Source of the DNA: Klebsormidium nitens
Taxonomy: Eukaryota > Plantae > Klebsormidiophyceae
Direction: 5' to 3'
DNA length: 63,776 nt
Assembly: GCA_000708835.1 (NCBI GenBank)
Contig: DF237477.1
Location: 1 to 63,776 of the forward strand
Shown here: positions 35,301 to 49,100 of the stretch, piece by piece
Layout of the letters: every line of letters begins with the position of its first letter
How positions within the stretch are numbered: position 1 is the first letter of the stretch
Program-made: the position numbers and the translations under genes
Notes under the pieces: model-generated
Database searches by the model: none
What the model was told of the DNA's origin: nothing
What the model saw: the letters and a program-made list of their open reading frames with translations, nothing else

Positions 35301-37149
35301 AGCAGCAATTTTCAAAGTCTTCACCTCTTCTGGACTTACCGAAGAAGTGAGGCGAGGGCCCTGACGAAGAATCGAGGGTCGGATTGTGACGAGCACACAA
35401 TTTGAGAGGAGAGTGGCTTTCTGAAGTGCCAACACGGATGTTGCAACATGGTGACAACCAACACTTAGGAAGTTTCTTCCGAGGTTGCCCTGTGCATTCG
35501 CTGCCCGCTCGACTGCCAGTCTTCACTGCGTCATACAGGGAAAGCCGCTGGTGTAGAGTAACCTCTTTCAGCTACACAAAATGCAGAGCCATCAACACGA
35601 GCGCGCCCTCGCGCATTCTGCAAGCATAAGAAGCCGTTTTCCTGTCCGCGGATTAGGGAGGTAAATGCCAAGGTCCAACTAGTACTGCCGAACCTCGTGT
35701 CCTTGTCGGCTTGAAATCTCGAATTTAGAGGCCCGAAGGTCAGAAAGACTTCATTCGTCAGCACGTATCACATCCTCCTTGCCTGACTAAAAGCTCGTTC
35801 AGTTAAATTTTCTCACCACGCGGGAAACTGATGGTTGACTTGCTAAGTGACCACTACGGTTCATTGCAAGTGCACGACTTCTCCAGTCAAGCGACGAAGT
35901 CTGTTTGTAAGCACTCTGCGCCTTCAAACCGAGTGTTCTGCTTCTCAGATCCAGCCTGAGATCCTGAACAACGCAGCAGCTTGGAAAGTGAGGGAACGAA
36001 ATCCATCTAAAGAACGAAGGGAAGAAAGGCAATAATAGACAGATGGGTTTGAGGAAGTCGCACCGTGCTGCGATTGAATAACAGCCTGGTCAACTAGCAT
36101 CAAGGAAACGGTTCGCTCCAGAGTGGCACAAACAAGACGACTGATTCACAAACAGTCTATCGAACCCAAAGGGGCCAACTTAGAGATACGCATCGTCTTC
36201 GGCATGACTGTACGGGTTTGATTGTCCCTCTGCTTCTGCGACCTTCTCCTGCTTTGTGGTGGTCATAAAGACACCTGAACTCTGGATCCAGCTTTTTAAG
36301 GCGAAGCATTGACCCAGCCCACTGGTCAGAGATCCGAGATCTGCCGAGGCGTGCTCCTCGCTAGAGAGCCTTGCAATCCTGACGTTTTGGGGCGGACCCA
36401 GGAAGCTATTACCCCGCCGGAAAGTGCTAGGAAAACGGTGGCCTGTATAGCGGCTAGCTCTTAAACAGATGGGCTGCCCTGATCATCCTGAGTGAATGAG
36501 GAAGGCGCCGAGGTTTCGTTCGGCGTCGCCCTCATGCGGTGCGTGCAAAGAAATTGATGTTAAGAGCATGATAGACGTGCGATATGAGAAGTACAGAACG
36601 ACGAAATGGTCGGAGAAGCGGGGGAAGGCTTGGAGCGCAGAGATGACGTCAAGGCTTCAGCGGCCAAAATCATCATAGTCACTTTCAAAGAGCAAAGGTG
36701 GCTGCACGCTTTCGATGCAACGGCGGCTCAGTGACCCAACGTACCAGGAGTGTACTGACACGGAGGAGGCTGTCCGCGTGTGGGTACCGGTCTTTATCCT
36801 TAGCCATAAACCCGACGAACTTCATGCCGATCAATCGTGATGGTCCCTCCCAATGAACACTCTGAAGACATGTGCCTTCAGCCACGAGGTTTGCGAGTTT
36901 CCCTGCTCAAACGTCGGGCAGAGTTCAAGTTCCGCAACACCTGCCTAGACGGCGCTAGTAATACTCGTGGATTATGCTCCCGCGTTCAGGCAGTGAAACG
37001 GTCACAAGGCGAGTGTTTGGTGGACGGCGATGAAGCTTTCAAGTGCTCCGCATGGAGCCAGAACATTATTTTCCTTGAAAGAAGTCAGAGGTACAGATGG
37101 CTCCAAGTCGACTTCAACCGTGACAGTGGCTTGCGATGGGCGCGCCGAC

Positions 37150-40100
37150 AAAAAGCGAATTCCTTGCCAATCAGATATTAGACTTCTTATTCTGCAATAG
37201 GTGTCAAGGCAGCATTCAGCAGCTTTCGTGGTTGCTTTCTCGCATGCTGACACCTTGGCGCCAAAAACATAAACAGCGGCTCGAGCTTGGAGTGCATTGG
37301 GCGCTAGCTGTTCGCAAAGAGACCAGTGTCGTCGCTTTGATGCTTGTGGGCGCCACGCATATGACTGGTGGCTTCGTACATCAAAGAAAAGAAGTCGCAT
37401 TTGCAGCTTCCCGAGGAGGAGCAAAACGTAACAGAGAAGAAGTCTGTCTTCGCAAACAGAGATCAATGCATACTACGGCCCGGAGTTTTGAATGTTAGCG
37501 AAGGAACAAGTGAGCGGCAGTGGGCTGGCCGGCTCAGTCTTTCCAGCAGTGTTCCCACGTTGCTGTCAACGCTACAGTAACGTCGAAAATCAAATCCAAG
37601 GCAAGGAAACTGGGTTGACTTTGTTCAACGGTGGCTCTGAGCGTTTCAGACTGCAGTGCCGGCCGCTCCGGATCTCCTCATTCCCGACGTCTCCAGATCT
37701 CGTTTGAACAGCTAAAAAACGCGGCCCGATGTGGTCAGATCGTCGGGGCAACGCTTCGTGTAGCCTGATTGAGTGAAGCAATTAGGGGATCCCCCAAAGG
37801 GGTCGCGGCGAGAGCGCAAAGGAAAGTGTCACCTAGGCCGAACGTTTCCCCTTTCTGCAAGAATTTCGATCAAGACGAGCTGCCAGCCTTTCGGTGCACT
37901 AGTAATCAGAACAAACGGGGCCAAAAGAACAGATGGAATTAGGATATCCAATCTCTCATAAGAAGAGAACCAGGTCTTGCTGATGGAAAGTGTCACGATG
38001 AATGGCTCAGTATAGAAAGCAATCATGATCACACGGCTTGGGGTTAAAAAGATCACTACAATCATGTCCGCAATCCATTTTTGGGCACCAATATACGTCG
38101 CAGCGCGTAACTTGAATCGCCGGTGCCTGGCGTCGGCGGCCGCGGCGCGGACGTCTACAACGAGCGCGGCCGCACAATGACGGGGTGCGCGCGCGCGAGG
38201 AATCATGCGAGGCCTGCTTAGGCGGGCCGCGCAACGAACGAGATTTGGCGGCCGCGCTGATGTGCATCGCGCGACGCGAGCGCCACCGCGCGCGTTTCTT
38301 GCGCGCGCATGGGCGCTGCTCCGGTCAAGCTGAGGTTACGTACATTTCGGGCCATGCATGGCGCTATATGGTATATAAGCAAGCGCGGCCGCTGCGTACC
38401 GGCAGCGCGGCCGCGTTCCGGCGGCCCAGTTCCGCGGGCAGGCGCGAATGAACGGGCGGCATTTTCTTTTTTGGAGTTTGCATTGCTTTGTCAACGTGCG
38501 GACGGGCGGCATCGTTTTCTCATCTTGATTTGGCACATTCTCCGCAGTACTTCCACTCGCACGTGGTGCTTGTACGAACCAACAACGGACATGATAGACA
38601 TTTTAGTGGCAATGGTGCAAGAAGGTCGTGAAAGCAGGGAAGCCTCGAAGCGCAGCTGTAACTCAAAAGCGCCATCTGGCTTTCAACCGCAAATACCTTA
38701 CAAGAAGAGAGAGGAGAGGACCACGCACGCTTCCGATTAAACGGTGGCTCAAACCGTCCAGCACCTGGTCCGACATGACCAGTGCGCGAGTCTGGGGCCT
38801 CCTTTCCTTGCCACGCCTGTGAACGCCCGATGTTGATGGTCCTGCAAACATGAACGTTCTGGAATTTTGAGCATGGCCTCAACGACAACAGCCGCATGGT
38901 CTCCCGCTGGAAGATTGGAACGGTACATTCAGAAGGGGTCCGTAAAGAGACACACCGCCCCATCTCATACGCTCGTTAATGAGTGTACGAGAGGAAATAT
39001 GGCGGCACAGATCAATCGAGGCATTGGTTAGACACAAAAATGTTGTATCACATCGAAGGCAGCAGTATGGACGGGCCTGCCGTTTCTCGTGATTGGCCGA
39101 TTGCGTCCCCTTGAGGTTCTGTACGTGTTTCCGGCGCTTTTGACCGTCATCCCCCCGTTTGGTTAAATTGAATTGCCAGAAGTCATTTGGCTCCAGAATG
39201 AGTTTCTGGCTTGGCGCGTGATTCGTTGCGGCACCAATCCAAACCTGTCATTGCCGGAATGGCTGCGTCCTGATACGAAACCGGTTGAGAAAGTCCCATA
39301 ATCAGGCTTCTCCCTGCAACGTAACTGGTGCGGTAAAGGACAACAGGGAAGCCGCTTTGATTGCAATAAGACCGCTTTACTCCCCTCTTTTACACTACAA
39401 GAGGGCGGAGCCACTTCTCGAGTGTTACGCGGTGACTAAAGGACCGGTCACAGGGCTTCGAAGTCGCCGGCGGCTAATTGGAAGGGTGCAGCGCGATCTG
39501 GGCGACTGACGATCGCGATTGAACGATCCGATATAACCTGGTCTCTCCGGAAGTCACTCAGATGGCTCCCTGCAGGTGCGCACTCCAAACAAAAAGGGAG
39601 AATCAGGCAATTTAAACCAGTCACCTGGACAAGCAATCAAGCACGTATGAAATTGGGCGGGGATCGTGGCTGAGAGCACTCGGTGTCGAAAGGGACTGAG
39701 CTGCAGTGCGGCCAGACAAAGCTGCGATTGGAACGTCTTCCTTGCCACCCGTCTATCCGTCGAGAGACTTTTATGCCGGAGGATTTCGGAACGTCTTTGG
39801 AAACCAAAGATTGCTTTTTGTACCTGCAACTCCTACATTCATTCCATAGCTTCGACACACATTCTTCGACTTTTCTGTACTCCGGTTTTAACGCTTCAGT
39901 ACGTATGCGCCGCGATCAAATTGTAAGATTTGTGGGCTCCATCTGCATCGGCAGAACTCTGCACCCGGTCCGGCGTCTTGTTGGCGCAGAAGTTTTCCTG
40001 TTAAAAGTTGTGCAGATTTCAGCTGGGGCACTGGCGGCTGCAATCTTGGCTTTGGTTTTGCAAAACGCGCTGGAACATCTTTGCACCAGAATGAAAGGTC

Positions 40101-43100
40101 GTCTTGCTACTGTCACGTACTGCGCTCATTCTGCTCGATTTGGCGATGCACTTAACGAATTTTGTTGGCTAGAGCAACCGATTGGTAGTCTCGTAGTAAT
40201 TAGAGATCCGTCTAACTACGACAATTTCAACACGTGTTAAGAGAGGAGCTGTCCAGAAAAGAAAGGCGACTTCGATACGTCCCAACGGAAATCGTTTTGA
40301 AGCTTACGCGAGCACCGCCCGCGTGGCCCCTTGACAATATAAGGCGACGCCGCCGGCCCTTCGTAAACGCAGAGCGGCGGTGCCCTAGGCTAAACCTAAC
40401 TTGATCAAACCTAGCTTGATCAAACCTAGCTTGATCAAACTCAAGATCGCGGTTAATTGCTATGTGTGCACTCGTGCTCACAACGGCTTCTCCCTGGCTT
40501 CTCCAGCCCACTAGAAAGGACCGGCTCAGATGCAGGCACGGCAATGATCCTGAATCGGTGACAGTCATCATGATATCTGCATGATTGTAGCCGAGCACAT
40601 AAGCATACGTTCAAAATTTTGTAGACTCGAAGCTGTATCCTGCAATCCTTACAAGGCTGTGCGCTGCAAAGTCTGCGCTTGATCTCGCTGCCCGCCGGGT
40701 GAGACGAAGCCGTTCAACAATCGACTCTCTAGGTAAATTCTGGCACATCGATCCTGATTGCATCTCGGCGCAGGCTTGTTGAAGAAGGCAAAGCTTAAAC
40801 AGGTGACCGACTTAGGCCGGCTGTCAACATCATGACTCGTATCTTAATACATGCCAACAAGGCACCCAGAAGTGCACAAACCAACGGCGACAGGATCTTC
40901 TTCGGAAGAGAAGAATAAAAGGGGTGTATTTCTAGGATGAAACCACTCAACGAGATCTTCTACTCGAAAGGAGATTGGAACCCTCTGTATACGTTTAGCT
41001 CGCAACTGGTAGAAGATTCCCAGACGACGGGAAAGCATTAGGGAGGTGATTTCAAACCCGGCGCGGAATCGAGGTCCTGACGTCTAGAAGACGGAATACG
41101 TCAACCCATCTTGAGACTGAAAGGGTTCAGACTGGCCGGACATATCAAGGATGAAGTGGGCGGGTACGGAAGCTGCTGGCTCGGACTTCCTCCTAAAAGC
41201 ATTGGCTGGCGAACGGTACTTCGGCAATACGAAAAACTTCACGGCCGCTGCCGCGATTGTCTGGCACCTCTAAAGTATGCGCGACGCTGTCTGGCGGAAT
41301 AGTTAGTAATTGCCTCGGCAAGAATAGTTTAGTTCGAAGCCTTCGAATTCGGAATCCGGGGCCATCAATGGAATGGAATGCTAATGGGGAATGAAATCAA
41401 AGGGTCTGTAGTCCATGAACACAAGTCCGTTCGTGTGTACTTGGGTCGGTTTTCAGCCGACGCCTCTCAAATAAGGAAGCGATTAGCCTCGTTTATTAGA
41501 AGCCAGCAACGAAGCCATACCAGCTTTTCTTGAGGTTGCGTATGACTTACGAACGAAGTCACTGGAAGTACAGGTGGCTCAAGAGACGCGAACACCGGCT
41601 CTTGAGTAGCTCCCGAAGGACGTCACGTTCCGATCCGCTTTTCCTTGTCACGCCTTGGACGGTTCCATCGGAAACACACTTCGAATCAGAACTCGAGCGC
41701 TATTTGCGAAGAACCAAACGAGCCCCGCCCACCAGCCCAGTCGTTACATGGGCAGACTGTAGAGCAACTTAAGGAAAGCTGCATCCCCTCTTTTGTAACT
41801 AAAGTTGTGGCAGGAGAGAGCGCGCAATACGCAGCGTCTAAGCCAATTGCAAAAGACGTGCAAAATGGATTACCATATACATGAAACACTAGTAAAAGCA
41901 TGATCAATCAACGTAACATGCTTAAGAGAAAATCTTGCGTGCAGTTGTTGATCTACGACGCGGCTCCGGTTTGAGACACCATCTTCTGCGTGGCCGCACT
42001 CTGGACGACACCAAGCAAGACTTTTGTCATTGCCATCCTCCGTCGACTTCAGTCAGGTGGATATGTCCTTGAAGCACTTTCTGACTAGGAAATCTAGTAC
42101 GCCAGTACCAGAACGAGACTACTGACTGTAACAGGAAAACCGCCCGCAGCACGCACTCTCAATGTTATGCCTTGTCGGGCACGAAGAATTTCGACTGAAG
42201 AAACAGTGAGCTCGCTATACAAAGTAGTAAAGCCCACCTCCAAGTATAACCAGAGACAGTATGTAGACATATTTCGCTACCGTCTCACCTTTTTTTGTAT
42301 TCTCCTGGGATGATTTGATCCTTCTAGTGCTGGGAGCACGAAGATGCTAGAATCAAGTACTTCGATCCTCAATACCGAACGGCGAGATTTGGAATCGCGT
42401 ATAGCTGTGTTCATTCCTCTGGGCATCAAAGAACGCTCTTCATCCTAGGGTCTGTTAAAAGGATCGAGGGCACCGTCGAAGGACGCGCGCTATTTTTCGC
42501 AGCAACGGAAGGAAGTGCGCGGATGGCTCAGATCGATTCCAAGACCTTTACAACTGGTCCGCAACGGCCCGCGCGCCAGAAGCAAATCACGTCCTTGCCA
42601 TTCGTTTTTTGATTCCGTCTCTCGGAAAGGGACTATAGGCAGTCAGCAGCTTCGGTGATCGTTCTCCTGAATTCTGATGCTTTTAAGCTTCGCCAAAACA
42701 TTAGGGGCCCGCTCGTGCTTGAGAATAATGTGGGACCTAGATTTTCGGAAAGAGACTGCCGCCCGCTAATTCGATGCTTGTGGGCGGCCTACAGAACTTC
42801 GGCGGCTTGCATCACTTCATTGGAGTCGGGTCGCCAGAAGAGCAATCCAGCATCCACGAACACGTGAGTAACATCCTTCATGAGAGCTCCGCAAAATAAA
42901 ACAGCATAGTACAAACATACTGTGAGCAATCAGTGGCCGAGAAACAAGCGAGCGGCCGAGGTGGGCTGGCTGCATAACATGTTCTATACATTAACCTATG
43001 TTCGTACAAGACAAGTCCATCGGCTTCGAAACCAAAATGGCCAAGCAAGGTTATCGGGTCGGAGGGCTTCCTCAACATATACCAGCTTTGGCGTCACTTG

Positions 43101-46100
43101 TACTGCCACTCAGGTGGTTCCTCATCCCGGACCTCTCAATTCCCTCTCGATTCCCGCATCAAACGCGAACTAGCGCGGCTATTGCAATGTGAATCATAAG
43201 GGCGTCGCTTCGTGCAGTCTGGCTGAGCAAAGCAATCAAGACCCGAATTATAAAGCAGGGGCCGCTAATTCAAGCCGGCACAGGGCCTGAAAGTCCTCCC
43301 GCTTTGGTCAAAATGGCTTTTGAGACCAGCCGCCGGACTCGGATCCCTCTGAAGCTGGGTAAGTGCTTCCAAAAGAATGGAGGGTTTCTTGAAAAAGAGG
43401 AGCTACAGGTCTGGCAGCCCGTAAAGTATTACAAAGAGTGGCTCAGAACTTCTACGCACGTCTCCCGACAGTGATGACCTTGAGGGGGTCACCGTCACGT
43501 CTTTCTTTGCCCTCTGAAACATTCGACTCGTACTAAGGAACAGACGAACCGATTTGATTTGAAAATGTGCCTACAAGCGATAAGATCGAATGATTCACGG
43601 CGGAATCTTAAACGAGACTCCCATTTGCAGACGGGATCGCAGCAGATTGCGCAAGCCAAACCTGATCTGGCGGCATGCGGGGCCTTCACCTCTGAACTCT
43701 GGAGAAAATTGCAAATCATGTGCTACAAATCTAGTGCTAAGACCTTATAGAACCGCCCAAAGACCTCAGCACACCACAGGGTACGGCGGACGAGGTCCAC
43801 AAGAAACGAAAGAAAAGCGAGAACAATGTACTTAAAATGGTTAAAAAGGGGTATGAAGTACGGCTGAAGCTCACGCAACTCAATTGCCCGCTTTCAAACG
43901 GACTCTAGAGATTCTTAAACAAGTGTTCAGTAACAATATGTGGACCCAGTGTGAAGAGCTGACGAAGGACGATTTGTAAAGATGACTTTTACGAGCTGAA
44001 GAGGAAAAGAGACAGGGGGGCTGAAAGTTGCAGGCACGGTGAATGAAGACTCATCTTCAGGCGGTTCGGAAGTGGCTCATGGCACAACATCAGTCGTCGA
44101 CGCCTGGCATCCGTTGCCAAACAAAATTCATCATTGCCACCCTAACAAACGGCGTTCTCTTCGACATATCGAGTGGGCAGCGGATTTTAGTAGACAGCTG
44201 CACGCATTTAAGCATCCTGCTTTTGGAACCCCCATCTTAAGCGGACGAAAGGATTCTTTTGTGATGAAGAACGGGGCGACCGAAGAGCTGGGCGGAAGAG
44301 TGAGAGGTTCGCCGCAACGGAAGAGCTGCACAAAAGTTTGGGCGGCGTCCGACTAGCAGGGCCCTGATAGTACTATTAGTCACTCTCTGAAGTCTTTCGG
44401 AGCGGAATCCGTGGGGAAGCCTTCAAAGGCAGCTCAACAGTGCGGCAAAGCGCGACTGATATCGATGACATCTGAACGCATCATACGAATCCCGAAAGAA
44501 GCTATCAAGGCCGTCCAAAGACGGTGATATAAAGGGAAATTCTTTCGTTAATGCAAAGATATCCCTGTTGATTAGGCGCCGGACTGGAAGCCCTGCAAAA
44601 AGTTGACATCAACCTCGGATTTAACGGGTTATATCTGCAAGCTGTGTTGCACCGCTGCCGCGCAAGTCGATGTCAGACTTAAGGAAAGCTACTTGTAGGG
44701 CCAAAGACGCTTCGCCAAATTCGTTTCAGACCGCATATCGGGGCAGTTGATACTGACAATAGTCACAAAGAAACGAGCAAACTTCGTATTCACCTAAGAA
44801 AACTCAGTTTGACGTTGGGATTAATCCGGCAAGATGGTACAGGTCAAGGTAACGGCTTCGGAATTCGAAAAGAGGCATCGGTCCGCTGTCCGTACTTGTC
44901 ATCTATGAGCCACTGGGTCTGTCGTCCTTGCCAAGATGATGCAGGGTACTTAGTCAATCAGCTCCACACCCCTGTCCTATAAAATGTTGAACGAAACTCT
45001 GTTCAGAGAAACGTGTCGCTTTAGCACGGATCTAATCTTCTGGCTCGAACATACTAACATCAATGTCCGTTTTTCCAAACGGACGGGTGTTTCATGCAGA
45101 TTTTCTGCTGAAACAGCATAGAAGAACGGGAGGCCCTACTTGATCAAATGTGCAGCCTCAAGGGATACAAAAGCAACGCAATCCCGATGATCAGAGCTCT
45201 GCGAAATTGAAATGCCTACTACATCCAGACTGGAAGCACGCACAGGCAGGATATAAGCGAGCTGCTGCTGGATGACTCAATCAGTTCTGTACAGTCTGAA
45301 CCCCACAAGATGTTTGTCAAGATGTTCCTAAGTTCAAATTCACAAGAAAAGTCGAGACAATATAAATATTGGGTCAGAGAGTTCGTGCCAGCTTTCATCA
45401 TGCATCATTGGCACTTGCATTGCCAATCCGAACCTCCTCAAGTCCAATCTTCAAATACAGTCACGAATGATCCATGCAAGCGCGACCTTGCGGTTGCCCC
45501 TAGGTCCGATTAAAAGGGCGAAGCTTCGTGTCACTTGATTCAGCAAAGCACGCAGCAAAATAGTTGAAGGGTCCCGCGAGCGCACGGGAAAGTACCCTCC
45601 GTTTGGTCGAAATGGGCTCTCGAGACTAGCCCCAATTTTTCGATGCGTCGGAGTGAGTGGCACACTAGCTACAGTAGGTTGCTTCAAAAAGGACGGCCGA
45701 ATATGTGAAGAAAGAATGTAGATAAGGCTGGTGGTAAAGTATCACGAGGAACGGCTCATGAGCAAAATGCCCGACTTTCTGAGGCCTTAAAGGGGCTCAC
45801 TGTCACGGCTTTTTTTGCCCCTTTTTCATAGCCTTCTCTGCAACGTGTTTCGATTTCCAACCGGAAGACTTGCATTCAAAGCGACCTGATCCACGACCGA
45901 TTATTCCGACAGTATCACGGACGGGGATTCGATCTACAAACGAGAGCCGCGGCCCGGCAGGAAACCGCGCCACTGAGAATCTGACGTGGCAGCATGCGAG
46001 GCCCCTTCCTAGGTTGGCCGCTCCCCGAAACAAAACGGCGAGATTTGGGGTCAATATTTGTTGTCCTCGTCTCGTCTGGCAGCAAAGAAAGCCCTTTGAT

Positions 46101-49100
46101 TCTTGAGTTCGTACGAGGATCCAGGGCATCGAAGAAGGGCACTCTAAAAGGACCCGGGCTATTTTCTGGAGGAATCGGTGTATGTTAATTTTAAGCTAGG
46201 TTAAAAACCACGTAAAGCTGGAGAAGCAGTTTTGCAGACTTTAGTACGTCCAATGGAGTGGAACGGAAGAAGTGCACAGATGGCACATAGTTTGTATTGA
46301 ACCTTTATAATTGATCTGCAAGGGCCTGCGGGGACCCGAAGCAATTGACTTCCTTGCCATTCGTTTATTGATCCCGTCTTCCCAAATAGAACTACAGGCA
46401 GTTAGCAGCTTTGGTGATCGCTCTCCTGAATGCTAAGGCTTTTACGCCCCTTCGCCTCCGATGGGAAAGCCGGCTCGACCTTGAGGCTAATGTGGGCCCT
46501 AGCTAATCTAAGCAACCAGACTGCGTTACTTCATTGCTGGTGGGCGTCCCGCAAAACTGTGGACGCTTCCATCAGTATAAGGAGTTCGCGTCGACAAAAA
46601 AGCAACGCAGCATCCAACAACACGTAAGAATCACGAAACCGCATCCAGAAACACGTACGAAACACGCCCTCATAGAGCTCCGCTAAAAGAAAAAGCAAAC
46701 TACAGCCAGAGCACTGCAAGCGAGCAGTGGCGCCAAACAAGCGAGCGGCCGAGGGCTGGCTGGCTCAGATCTTGATCACGATGACCCAGGATCTCGCAGA
46801 ACAGTTCTCCCGGCTTCCAAGGCCAAGCTAAGGAATCTGGGTCGGAGGGGAAACTCAACGTCCCTTGGCGTTACTTGAACTGCCACTCAAGAGCTCCTCA
46901 TTCCCGATCCCTCTCTTAAAGTCGCCTTAAATGCAATCAAGCGCGGCTCCTAGTGGTCTGAATTTTAGCCGGGGCGTCACTTCGCGTAGTCTGGCTGAGC
47001 GTCAATCAAGACTCGATTTGTATATCAGTGGCCGCTGATTCAAGCGGGCACGTGCACAGCGCCGGTAAGGATTTTCCGCTTCGGTCAAAATGGCGTCGAT
47101 ACCAGCCGCCGGACTTGGCTGCCTCTAAGATGGGTACTTGCTTCCGAAATAACGGAGGGCTTCTTGAAAAGAGGAGCTGCAGCTCTGGCAGCCCGAAAAG
47201 TATAACCAGGAGTGGCTCAGAAATCCCACGTAGTTCTCCAGATAATGCCCTTCTGAGGGCATCATTGTCACGGCTTTCTTTGCCCTTCAGAACATTCGAC
47301 TCGACAGAGCAACCCGGTCCAAGAATCTGTCTACAATCGCTTAGGTAAATCCACACGTTCGCGGCACAATTGTAGATGAGGACTCCCAGACGAACGCTGC
47401 GATCTGGAGGCAGAACCAGATGTGACAGCATGCAGGGCTTTCCGATTCGCTTTAAAGACATCCCTCTGGCTATGACCTTACAGAACCGCCCAAAAACCTC
47501 AGCAAACCACAGGGATGCGGCTGATGAGGTGGAAAGGACAGGATTGGAAAGCGAGAGTGACATGAAGTTTTAGAATAAAGGATGTGGAATATGGCTGAAG
47601 CTTACGCAATGCAGTTGCCCGTTTTCAAACGGCCTTTGGGAGTTCTTTGTACGGTCCGGTGACTATATGTGGACCACTGTAGAGATCTTCCGCAGGAACA
47701 TTGATATAAAAGATTTTTTTAGCTAGTTCCAGGAGAAGAGACACAAGGACTGAAAGATGCCGGGCATGGTGTGCGATGAAGACTCGTCCTCGATCTGCGG
47801 TTTGGAGGTGGCTCATCATGACTCATGTCTCTAGTCACCTCTGGCATGCTTTGCCACAAATCCTCATTGCCACGCTCGCAAACGCCGTTCTCAGCTTTGA
47901 CGTCTCTCAAGGGCGGCGGACTCATTTGAACAGCGGCACGGTAATCAATCTATTCTGCTTGAAAATCGCCGACACGGTGAAGCTACAGCGTAGTACTGTC
48001 GGACGACCAGCGGGCAGGGTCCTGACTTTGCGGTTGCTCTGCTTTCTAGGTTGGGAGTATATATCTGTGAAAGCGCCTTCAGGTAGGGAACGCACAGAAG
48101 AACAGCCATATCCATTAACTGGACAAGTCAAGCTGGAACAGTTTGTGAAAGGTGCGTGGCTAAGAAAGACCGGGCTGTGACCTCGAATGTGGCGAAGCCA
48201 CATCCTTGCTTTGTTTCTCCCCTTGCTCATGATCTCAAGTCTCAAGAAGCGAAGAGAGGGTTTGAAAGCCTTGCGTCCGTGACTAGACTGCAATGTAGAG
48301 TGTCTCTTGCTCTTGCTGGCGCTGAAAGAATGGATAAGCTGGTAACCGTGTGCAACTAAAAATAAGACATTTTGATTACCCTTGTGGGCTCCAGGTAAAG
48401 ATTGGGGCTTTCGTCGCCATCAGCAGGAAGATTAGACTGCTCGCCCAATGGCAAAACTATGCTCTGTTCTTTGGAATTACTCACGGCAGCATTGAGAAGA
48501 ACCAAATGGGGAATGACAGAACAGCGTACATCGACTCAGAATCTGCTACAGTCTACCTAATTGGATCTTTCACGAGCATCTTTGGGCGCAGAGGACAGAT
48601 ACGACGGATCAGCGTCTTACTGTTTGACGCGAGTACGGGGAGACGAGCGACATCAAGCTTCTGAAAAGGTCAGAAAGAAGTACTTGTCTGACTAAAAACC
48701 ATTCTCGCTGGGTAGACAACGCCACCTTCGGGGCAGCCGTCAAAAGTGTGCTGATGCTAATTGTTTACATGCTTGGCTCAGAGATTCTGGCCCGCCTGGC
48801 AATGCCTGATAAGCCAGCGGAAGATCTTTTTCCCTACCACTCCTGTGCCTTCCAGAATCAAGTTTCTGACTTGCTTTTAAGCGATTGGTTCTGTACGTGA
48901 CCGCGACGTCTAAGATGCGTCCCGTGCTGTGCGCTTTTGTCTACGTATCAACACCAATCCCCAAGAAGGAAAACATATTTTTAAGATGAAACGGGTTTTC
49001 GCCTGGAAACTGAAGACGTCCCGCTTTTGAACTTGCGGGCTTGTCTACCCATCTGAATGACGGCTTCGAACGGAATCGTGTTGAGAGGTCAGAATTGGAT

